From: Thermococcus kodakarensis KOD1
GTDB lineage: Archaea > Methanobacteriota_B > Thermococci > Thermococcales > Thermococcaceae
Reading direction: 5' to 3'
Length of the DNA stretch: 32,000 bases
Assembly: GCF_000009965.1 (NCBI RefSeq)
Contig: NC_006624.1
Span: 870,001-902,000 of the forward strand
Part shown: positions 8,210 to 15,691 of the stretch, in pieces
Position numbering within the stretch: the stretch's first letter is position 1
Layout of the letters: each line of letters begins with the position of its first letter
Made by a program: the position numbers and the translations under genes
The notes under the pieces: model-generated
The model's database searches: none
Seen by the model: the letters and a program-made list of their open reading frames with translations, nothing else
What the model was told of the DNA's origin: nothing

Positions 8210-8650
8210 TCACTTTTTAACGCTGAAGCCCATCGCCTGCTTCTGCTGGATTTCCTGAGCCTGCCTGGCCAGCTCTCCCAGCTGGGCTTCGAGCTTCTTA
8301 AGGGCCTCCTGTGTCTTTGCTATCGCCTCTTCGTACTCCTTTATGCGCTTTTCGAGGTACTCAATAGAGTCATCAAGGCTCTTCTGGACGGCATAGCCAG
8401 CACCTACGCTGACTATCGCGTTCTTGGCGTCAACGATCTTGCCCTTGAGGAACGATCCAGCCCCTATGGGAACAAGGATCTCGAACTCACCCTCCTCATT
8501 CTTAAGGCCTTCGAGGGTTTCCTTGACCGCCTGGAACTCGTTCCTCCCCAGAGTCAGGAGCTCAAGGTTCTGGGCGAGCAGTTGAGCCTGAGCCTGGAGG
8601 AGCTGGTACTGGTACGCGAGTTCCTCAAGCTTCTTGGTGTCTTCCGCCAT
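8210..8650 (-). CDS. pfdA: Prefoldin alpha subunit
   Basis: N- and C-terminal coiled-coil heptads flank a central double beta-hairpin region ([31 protein letters not shown]). The length is about 146 aa. I preferred ATG 8650, which follows GGTGG, over the listed GTG at 8659. Confidence 0.85.
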   Translation of the reverse strand: MAEDTKKLEELAYQYQLLQAQAQLLAQNLELLTLGRNEFQAVKETLEGLKNEEGEFEILVPIGAGSFLKGKIVDAKNAIVSVGAGYAVQKSLDDSIEYLEKRIKEYEEAIAKTQEALKKLEAQLGELARQAQEIQQKQAMGFSVKK

Positions 8651-8967
8651 TTCAACCACCGGAGTAAGTCCGGGGCGGTGCTTTTAAGATTTTAGCTTAA
8701 ACTAGCAACTCAAATCGCATGACAGAGAGCAGTCTAAAATGGCTCCCGTCAACCATCTACTCATGACATTGTTTCCCATCTCATTATTACTGACTGATGT
8801 TGATAGGAATCATTCCTCTCGTTCAGAGACCATATTTTTGCCATAGCAAAGACAATCGAGCTTAAATCCTTCAGAAAGCAAAAGATATGCTGTTAATCAG
8901 CGCAGCAAAGTTTATAAACCCTTTAGCTCCACATCTGACGCCCCTCGTAGGAGGGGAGGTGGTCGGT

Positions 8968-9183
8968 ATGTACTACCCACCCAGGAAGAAGGTCCAGCCC
9001 AAGAAGGTTGAGGAAGAAGAGGAAGAGGACTTCGAGCCCCTCGAAGCAGTCGAAGAAGCCTACGAGAACTGGGACGAAGAAGAGTTTGGCGAGGACTGGG
9101 AAGAAGAGGAAGAGTGGGACGAGGACTGGGAGGACGAAGAAGACTGGGATGAGGACTGGGAAGAAGACGAGGATGACTACTGA
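8968..9183 (+). CDS. Small hyper-acidic Trp/Asp/Glu-repeat protein with short basic N-terminus
   Basis: ATG 8968 is preceded by the strong ribosome-binding site GGAGGGGAGGTGG, and a TATA-like TTTATAAA lies about 50 nt upstream. The product is MYYPPRKKVQPKKVEEEEEEDFEPLEAVEEAYENWDEEEFGEDWEEEEEWDEDWEDEEDWDEDWEEDEDDY. Confidence 0.6.
   Translation: MYYPPRKKVQPKKVEEEEEEDFEPLEAVEEAYENWDEEEFGEDWEEEEEWDEDWEDEEDWDEDWEEDEDDY
9091..9180 (+). repeat. Three tandem 30-bp coding repeats (GAGGACTGGGA... at 9091, 9121, 9151)
   Basis: Direct reading shows GAGGACTGGGA recurring with an exact 30-nt period. The units encode EDWEEEEEWD / EDWEDEEDWD / EDWEEDEDDY. Confidence 0.85.
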
Positions 9184-9211
9184 ATTCTCCCTCCCTTTTT
9201 GAGGTGCTCCC

Positions 9212-10501
9212 ATGAAGGGCCGGCCGGTAAAGAGACAGAAGACCACCCTCAAGACCCTCGAAAAGCGTCGCCAAATGCGGTACCGGCCGGACCCTGGCAG
9301 ATGGTTCTATTCTTTTATCCCGTTTAAGGTCGCCACCGGTGGAGCTGCACCATTGATTCCGCTCCTCACAATGAACGTCGGCGGTGGGCCGGCGGATGTT
9401 GGAATAGTTAACGCGGTGGGCAGTACATTCTCAATGCTCGGCGGCCTTTTCTGGGGAAAGCTCAGCGACAGGCTCAACAGGAGAAAGGCATTCCTGCTTC
9501 TTGGATTTCTCGGGACTGCAATAATGACCATGAGCTTTGCCCTCGCCCGCACAGTCCACCAGGTTATTGCCATAAACGCGGCCTACACGTTCTTCATAGC
9601 CACTACCATACCCATTCCAATCCTCATAATAACAAAGGCTTTCCGCCTTGAGGACTGGGACTACGCGATAGGGAAGTTCAATGAGATCGGCGGCTGGGCC
9701 TGGGTTCTCGGTTTAATAGTAGGACTGCTCTTGACACCCCTGTTCGGGATTAGGGGAACTTTCATTGCCCTTGGAGTCATAGGGCTTCTCTCGTTTCCAT
9801 GGGGCAAAAAGACAATACGGGAAGTCCCACTTCACATCGATAGAAAAATCCTTGGCGTTTACGCTGGCTACGTCGTTGAGAAGTTCAGGTACCTTCCGAA
9901 CATGATAACTCACCTGCCAAGATTCTCGACGAAGGGGTTTGGGAGGCTCTACTTCTCCTCCTTCCTGTTCTGGGTAGGCGCAATGCTCTACTTCACCCAG
10001 TTCCCGGTTCTCCTTAAGTCGAGGGGCTTCGGTGCCACTCACCTCTACCTCATGAGCATAGGGAACTCCACCATATCGGCCTTCATGTACACGCGGGTCG
10101 GTCTGAAACTCAAAAAGAGCGGGGGCTACCTCGCTCTCATTCGTGGGCTTTCAGTTAGGGCATTTGCTTTCTCGCTCCTTGCGGTATCCACGCTAATTGA
10201 GGGCCAAGTTTTTGCGCTCCTTGCCTTCGTCTCGTATTTCCTGGCAGGCTACACCTGGGCATACATAGGAATCTCAACAACCTCGATAATCTCGCGCTTC
10301 GCTCCCCCCAAGAAGAGGGGCGCTCTGATAGGGACGTACAACATGATAAGCTCCCTGGGTGCAATAGCGGGGAACTTCCTCAGCGGTTTTCTGACGGAAG
10401 GGCTAGGTTTTACCGTGAACTTCACGGTTGCAACTGCCCTCCTCCTGGTTTCAATACTTCCGCTCCTCGGCGAGAACGTTAAAAGCAGAAAATCCAACTA
10501 A
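9212..10501 (+). CDS. MFS-type transporter (about 12 TM)
   Basis: It is 429 aa and mostly hydrophobic helices. The loop motif GKLSDRLNRRKA (the MFS G-x-x-x-D-R/K-x-G-R-R/K type) lies between TM2 and TM3. GAGGTG precedes the ATG. Confidence 0.8.
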   Translation: MKGRPVKRQKTTLKTLEKRRQMRYRPDPGRWFYSFIPFKVATGGAAPLIPLLTMNVGGGPADVGIVNAVGSTFSMLGGLFWGKLSDRLNRRKAFLLLGFLGTAIMTMSFALARTVHQVIAINAAYTFFIATTIPIPILIITKAFRLEDWDYAIGKFNEIGGWAWVLGLIVGLLLTPLFGIRGTFIALGVIGLLSFPWGKKTIREVPLHIDRKILGVYAGYVVEKFRYLPNMITHLPRFSTKGFGRLYFSSFLFWVGAMLYFTQFPVLLKSRGFGATHLYLMSIGNSTISAFMYTRVGLKLKKSGGYLALIRGLSVRAFAFSLLAVSTLIEGQVFALLAFVSYFLAGYTWAYIGISTTSIISRFAPPKKRGALIGTYNMISSLGAIAGNFLSGFLTEGLGFTVNFTVATALLLVSILPLLGENVKSRKSN

Positions 10502-10506
10502 CTCCG

Positions 10507-11652
10507 GTGATGACCGTGTTCTGGCTCAAGACGAGGATAAGTGAGGGGGAGGACTCACTAGAGAGCCTCAAGGACGAGGCCAAGGATCACGAACGGGTTC
10601 TCATACTGGCATCTGGTTCTATGAAGAGGCACGGCTTTCTAAGCGAGGCCGAGGACTACGTTAGGGAAGCCGGAGCAGAGGTTATGAGTATATCAGGACT
10701 TCCGGCGGAGCCGAGCGTTGAGGTCATTGAGGAGTTCCTGCCGAAGGTTAGGGAGTTTGGGCCCGATCTCCTCATAGCCATGGGCGGCGGCAGCGTTATC
10801 GACACGACCAAAGCCCTCAAGGTCTTCTACGATGCCCCCGAGCTCGTCTTTGAGGAGATAGCCTTCATCAACCGTTTCTCAAGGCCGAAGCCCGTTCCAA
10901 AACTAAAAACTCCCCTCATCGCGATTCCCTCAACGAGCGGAGCTGGAAGCGAGGTTTCCGCGGCCAGTGTCCTGAAGAAGAACGGGATAAAGTACAACAT
11001 CGTAACGCCGGAGATAGCACCTGAGGTAGCTATTCTCGACCCGAGGCTCCCGAGGACTATGCCAAGGGAAGTTGCGAGGAATTCTGGCCTGGATGTCCTC
11101 GTCCACGGTATAGAGGCTTACACAACTAAGGTCGCTGGGCCCTTCAGCGATGCGATGGCGATAAGGGCGATAAAGACCGTCTTCGAGTGGCTTCCGAAGT
11201 CGGTTGAAGGTGACCCCGAGGCGAGGGCAAGAATGCACTACGCGGCAACGATGGCAGGGATAGCCTTTCTCAATGCCAGGCTTGGTTTGGCCCACGCGAT
11301 GAGCCACAAGGCGGCATGGGTAGGTCCCCATGGCTTACTCAACGCGATATTCATACCCTACGTGATGGAGTTCAACGCCGAGAGGAGTGAGTATGCGAGG
11401 AAGCGCTATGCTGAGATAGCGCGCGAACTTGGGTTGAAGAGTGCTGAAGAGCTGATAAAAGCCGTCAGAGAGCTCAACGAGCGCCTTGGAGTTCCAAAGC
11501 TAAGCGAGCTTGTTGATGAAGAGACTTTTGTTGAAAGGGTTGAGGAGATGGCTGAAAAGGCCTACCGCGACGGGCTGATAGCGTTCAACCCCGTTGAACC
11601 AAAGCCAGAGGAGATAAGAGAGCTTTATCTGAAGGCTTTGAACGCGTTATAG
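10507..11652 (+). CDS. Iron-containing (group III) alcohol dehydrogenase
   Basis: It has GGGSVIDTTKA and the metal-binding His motifs (LVHGIEAY, LAHAMSHK), at 381 aa. The start could be GTG 10507 or ATG 10510. Confidence 0.9.
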   Translation: MMTVFWLKTRISEGEDSLESLKDEAKDHERVLILASGSMKRHGFLSEAEDYVREAGAEVMSISGLPAEPSVEVIEEFLPKVREFGPDLLIAMGGGSVIDTTKALKVFYDAPELVFEEIAFINRFSRPKPVPKLKTPLIAIPSTSGAGSEVSAASVLKKNGIKYNIVTPEIAPEVAILDPRLPRTMPREVARNSGLDVLVHGIEAYTTKVAGPFSDAMAIRAIKTVFEWLPKSVEGDPEARARMHYAATMAGIAFLNARLGLAHAMSHKAAWVGPHGLLNAIFIPYVMEFNAERSEYARKRYAEIARELGLKSAEELIKAVRELNERLGVPKLSELVDEETFVERVEEMAEKAYRDGLIAFNPVEPKPEEIRELYLKALNAL

Positions 11653-11698
11653 ATTCAGATTTAATTTTCTTCAGTTTCGATAACAGGGCAAATCAAGG

Positions 11699-11741
11699 AT
11701 AAATTTTAAATTTTAAATCATATTGAACAGGAATTGGAGGT
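11699..11741 (+). promoter_or_regulatory. Candidate TATA/BRE region and ribosome-binding site for the McrB-like gene
   Basis: GATAAATTTTAAATTTTAAATCA (tandem AAATTTT) lies about 35-50 nt upstream of ATG 11751. GGAGGT at 11736-11741 lies 9 nt upstream of that ATG. Confidence 0.35.
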
Positions 11742-11750
11742 TGATAACAA

Positions 11751-14237
11751 ATGAATCAATCAGTTATAATAGATGGAAAAAGATATGGCGTTGAAGGGCA
11801 CATAAAAAATATTGTAATTTCACCAGATTCGCGATATTTATTAGTAGAGGAAGGAGAACATGAAACTTTTTCTAAGTTGCACTTATACGAGATACACGAT
11901 AATGGGATTAAAAGAGTCTTTGACCCTATACTAAAAAACGAAAAGGGGGTATTTTATTCTTTTGTAGGGGGAGGTAAATTTATAGTCTCATATATTCCAT
12001 CCAACAGATTTTTCATCTATGATTTCATTGACAAAGACTACAATGAGCTGTATTTTACCAATATGGGCAAAATATTCTTTAGGCCAACAGTCCCAGATCA
12101 CAAAATTGTCGTCATATATGCCCCAAGTGGTGCATTATTCCCTCATAGAAATAGGAAATATGTGAATTTAATCCAAGAAATAAATTTCAATCAATATATC
12201 GGTGAGTACAAGTACTATTTGGAAAAAGTCCCAAATACCATTGTCTCACTACGAGATGGAAGCTTTTATCTACCTGTGATAGTAAAAACCCAAGATACTG
12301 GAAAAAAACAACTTATGATTCTAAGATCTACCCAAAATAAACAACAACCTCTTCGGATAATTGATATCAATGATCACGATATAGATTTCAAAGACTGGGA
12401 CATTCAGTATTATCACGAGAATGACAACGAACTGATAATTGGAGCTGTTAATTTATCTTTTAAGAACACACTTCTTGTATATATTATCAATCTTGTTGGA
12501 GAACCTAAAGTATCATCTTTTGATATTGAGTATCAAGGGAAAATTAAGTATGTAAAAATGACAAATAAAAATCTGTATTTAGTCTATGTTGACTCCCAAG
12601 ACGAAAAATATTTGCTACAAATTCCAAATAAGGAACTAGTAGATTATATTAGACATTCTAAAACATCAATTACATTAGATACGAGATTAGAAAAATACAT
12701 AAAAGCGTCCTTAAAAGAATACAATATTACAATCCCTGATGATGAGAAACTTTCAATTTTATGGAGCTGGAATACGCCTAAAATAATAATCACTCCAATT
12801 TCTGAACTTTTAAGTGCTCCAGTAGATTATATAGAAAATTATCAAATAGTAGAGAACAGTGAATTCACAAACTATTCTAGCACCAATCAAACCAATCAAA
12901 ACAGTAGTAGTTCTTATAAACATGACATAAGTAATAAAAATAGTAACGGTGGATATTGCAACGAGGATAAGATAAGCACTATCCAAGTTCTTTTAGATGA
13001 ATACAAGCAAGTTATCTTATATGGACCACCAGGAACAGGAAAAACATTTATGGCCCGAATGTTTTTGAGATGTATTAATGTACCCAATACACACTACTCT
13101 TTTGTTACATTCCATAAGTCATATAGCTACGAGGATTTTGTCGAAGGGTATCGCCCACTCACTCGCGAAGGTAAAATAGAATATGCTGTAAAAGATGGCA
13201 TATTCAAAAAACTCGCAATTAAAGCTATTTATGAACTCATGTCAGACACTATCAAAGAACAATTATTACCCAACTATGAAACACAAATAGAAAATCATGC
13301 TAAAAAGATTGCTTGGGAACGCCTAATTTCAGACTTGAAAGCTAATCGTATAATCCGGAATGATATTCGGGTTGACGACAAAGGAAGAATGTATGTTGCT
13401 GAATATACCATATATGATGGGGACGATCTAATAACAAAAGCAGAGAAGCTTAGAGAGCTTCTTGGTGATTTAGAATCAATTTTCATGACATATAAAGAAG
13501 AAGCTGAATATGAGGGCGTTAAGTTCCTCGTTCAGAGATTTCTTGGAATTCTAGATTCAAAAATTTCAAATGGTGCTCTTAGCACAGAGGACATCAATAA
13601 CTTATTCACTAACAACCCCAAGAAATTTTATTTGGTTATAGACGAAATTAATAGAGCAGATGTTAGTCATGTTTTTGGTGAGTTGATAACTCTTCTTGAA
13701 AAAGATAAGAGAATTAGCGAGGACAACAAAAATCCCATAATAGTCCAACTGCCCTACTCCAGAGAGCTTTTTGCAGTACCCAGCAATCTCTACATAATCG
13801 GAACCATGAATTCCGCGGATAGGGGAATATCCCTATTAGATGTAGCACTAAGACGGAGATTTGCATTTTTGGAAGTACAACCAGACTATAATGTGCTGGA
13901 AGAATTAAATCTCTATGGGATAAGAATCGACAAGTTGCTCAAAGCAATAAATGACAGGATAATTCACTCAAAAGGCAGCAAAGACTATCAAATAGGGCAC
14001 TCTTATTTCCTTGAACTTAAAGAAGCGTTATCAAATGGAAATGAGGATGATGCCCTGCAAAAACTCATACGTATATGGTATAACAGGATACTTCCATTAC
14101 TTCAAGACTATTATTACTCAAGATGGGATGAACTAGATATGCCTGAATTTATAGATGGCACAGGGCAAATAAATTTCGAACTAATGAAATCTCCAGAGAG
14201 GTTCATTGAAGCTCTGAGAGGTATATTGGGAGAATAA
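11751..14237 (+). CDS. McrB-family AAA+ GTPase with a large non-canonical N-terminal domain
   Basis: It has Walker A GPPGTGKT (13023-13046) and the McrB hallmark FHKSYSYEDFVEGYRP. Walker B and the following segment read LVIDEINRADVSHVFGELITLLEKDKR (D at 13641). The McrB signature is IIGTMNSADRGISLLDVALRRRFAF. The N-terminal 370 aa or so is beta-rich with no family I recognise. Confidence 0.85.
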   Translation: MNQSVIIDGKRYGVEGHIKNIVISPDSRYLLVEEGEHETFSKLHLYEIHDNGIKRVFDPILKNEKGVFYSFVGGGKFIVSYIPSNRFFIYDFIDKDYNELYFTNMGKIFFRPTVPDHKIVVIYAPSGALFPHRNRKYVNLIQEINFNQYIGEYKYYLEKVPNTIVSLRDGSFYLPVIVKTQDTGKKQLMILRSTQNKQQPLRIIDINDHDIDFKDWDIQYYHENDNELIIGAVNLSFKNTLLVYIINLVGEPKVSSFDIEYQGKIKYVKMTNKNLYLVYVDSQDEKYLLQIPNKELVDYIRHSKTSITLDTRLEKYIKASLKEYNITIPDDEKLSILWSWNTPKIIITPISELLSAPVDYIENYQIVENSEFTNYSSTNQTNQNSSSSYKHDISNKNSNGGYCNEDKISTIQVLLDEYKQVILYGPPGTGKTFMARMFLRCINVPNTHYSFVTFHKSYSYEDFVEGYRPLTREGKIEYAVKDGIFKKLAIKAIYELMSDTIKEQLLPNYETQIENHAKKIAWERLISDLKANRIIRNDIRVDDKGRMYVAEYTIYDGDDLITKAEKLRELLGDLESIFMTYKEEAEYEGVKFLVQRFLGILDSKISNGALSTEDINNLFTNNPKKFYLVIDEINRADVSHVFGELITLLEKDKRISEDNKNPIIVQLPYSRELFAVPSNLYIIGTMNSADRGISLLDVALRRRFAFLEVQPDYNVLEELNLYGIRIDKLLKAINDRIIHSKGSKDYQIGHSYFLELKEALSNGNEDDALQKLIRIWYNRILPLLQDYYYSRWDELDMPEFIDGTGQINFELMKSPERFIEALRGILGE

Positions 14238-14265
14238 ATATTCATCAAATAATAGGTGGAAGAAC

Positions 14266-15669
14266 ATGGATCACATCTACATCTATGTGCCAGAGCATTC
14301 TATAGACAAGAGGCCATGGAATCTTCCTGAAATACCATCCGAGCTAGTTAATAGCAGAGAATTTCAAAAGTTTGTAGAGCAGATAAACAATTCATATTTC
14401 GATCCAGTATTAGTTATAAAGCACAACAGGCTCGCCGCAGGACCCTATGTTGGGTTCGTTTTATATAAAGACAAAACTTCTGGAAAGATACACCAAATCA
14501 ACATTTATCCAAAAATCTTTCTGGGTGGGCTATCCTCAGAAGATAGCTGGAAAATAGTACTAAAAATCGCAGACTTATACTACAACTTAGGTTTAAGAGA
14601 GTATGATATAAAGACAGCTCTTGCAACTGAAGGGAATTCACCTTTCATTGATATTCTCTTGGATATCTTTTCAAATAGACTACTTAATGAGCTCCGATTT
14701 GGTATTTATGGAGAATTTGTATCTACTGAGGAAACTTCTTCGTCCTTGCGAGGCCAATTATTAGTAGAAAGAGAAATATTGAAATTGCCAACCCAGAAGC
14801 ACAAATTTGATATTAGATATAAAAAATTTACCGTAGACAACTTTCTTAATAGGGTTTTTAAGTATACCTTATACTTAGGGCTACAACATACTAACAGAAG
14901 AGAAACAAAAAGAACATTATCAGAAGCATGGGATATGTTAAAAGAAGTATCCTTAACACCGATATCAGTTGATTCCATAGAAAAATTAACACTAAACTCC
15001 TTAAATCTTAGATTTGAACTTCCCTTGAAGTTAGCAAAAATAATAATATCAGGATTAGATTATCAGAAAGGCCTAATCTCCCCAGGATTTATTATACCTA
15101 TGCCAGATGCCTTCGAGTTTTTTGTATATAAATTGCTCAGAGCCATTCTTGGGAAAGATTATAGAGTACGATATCATCCTCAGAATAGAGAATTCGTTCT
15201 GGAAACACCTAGAAAATTCATTGAGAACCCACCACAGCCAGACATTATTATAGAATCAAGCTCTGGACAGCCTTTAGTCGTGGTAGATGCAAAATACAAA
15301 ACGCTATACTGTCCTAAATGTGGAGAAAAACAGAGATACGTCAAGAATTCCAGTGATTTATATCAAATATATTCTTACACTAAATTATATAATGCTCATG
15401 CAGGTGTTCTCGTATATCCCATGCTGAAAGATTATAGTCAGGGTTCAGGGTATAATCAATATAATCAATGGCTTTGTGATATATCCTCGATATCCACCTG
15501 TAAAAATTCGATATTTCATTTTTTCGATAAAACTAAGTTGGGGATTTTAGGAATAAATCTTGCACACCTTATTAGGGACTCAATAGAAGTCTCTAGTGGT
15601 AATATAACAAAAATTAACCCCAAAATAAAAGAACAGTTAATTTCTTATCTAAATTCGCTAATAAACTAG
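14266..15669 (+). CDS. McrC-like PD-(D/E)xK nuclease subunit
   Basis: It lies immediately downstream of the McrB-like gene, with a GGTGGA ribosome-binding site. It has the nuclease core PDIIIESSSGQPLVVVDAKYK (D 15241, D-A-K 15286-15294) followed by SDLYQIYSY, which matches the McrC D...(D/E)xK...QxxxY arrangement. Confidence 0.75.
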   Translation: MDHIYIYVPEHSIDKRPWNLPEIPSELVNSREFQKFVEQINNSYFDPVLVIKHNRLAAGPYVGFVLYKDKTSGKIHQINIYPKIFLGGLSSEDSWKIVLKIADLYYNLGLREYDIKTALATEGNSPFIDILLDIFSNRLLNELRFGIYGEFVSTEETSSSLRGQLLVEREILKLPTQKHKFDIRYKKFTVDNFLNRVFKYTLYLGLQHTNRRETKRTLSEAWDMLKEVSLTPISVDSIEKLTLNSLNLRFELPLKLAKIIISGLDYQKGLISPGFIIPMPDAFEFFVYKLLRAILGKDYRVRYHPQNREFVLETPRKFIENPPQPDIIIESSSGQPLVVVDAKYKTLYCPKCGEKQRYVKNSSDLYQIYSYTKLYNAHAGVLVYPMLKDYSQGSGYNQYNQWLCDISSISTCKNSIFHFFDKTKLGILGINLAHLIRDSIEVSSGNITKINPKIKEQLISYLNSLIN

Positions 15670-15691
15670 GCTCAGGAAATAAATAAAAACT

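Larger units (their letters stand above)
11653..15691. other. AT-rich horizontally acquired island carrying an McrBC-like module
   Basis: Base composition shifts abruptly and is visible by eye. Flanks are G+C-rich with G/C third positions. The interior is dominated by AAA/AAT/ATA/TTA codons. The shift begins immediately after the adh stop (11650-11652) and ends 22 nt after the McrC-like stop, at the stop of the convergent MFS gene (15692). Confidence 0.8.

Noticed and set aside
5865-8213. Antisense or alternative-frame ORFs over purA and the epimerase gene (for example 5865..6338, 6495..6884, 7656..8213)
   Set aside because: They lie fully within confidently identified genes on the opposite strand. 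Their compositions are Arg/Ser/Pro-biased, typical of off-frame GC-rich sequence.
8887-9274. Alternative ORFs over the acidic-protein locus (8912..9274 minus, 8923..9252 minus, 9008..9202 plus, and the longer 8887 start)
   Set aside because: These are mirror or shifted readings of the GAA/GAG/GAC repeat (poly-Leu/Pro/Ser or poly-Lys/Arg). Only the frame starting at ATG 8968 has a strong ribosome-binding site.
11653-15691. Calling the AT-rich island an integrated provirus, plasmid or transposon
   Set aside because: I could not find an integrase, transposase, tRNA target, terminal inverted repeats or flanking direct repeats by eye. Only foreign composition supports horizontal origin, so I label it an island, not a defined mobile element.
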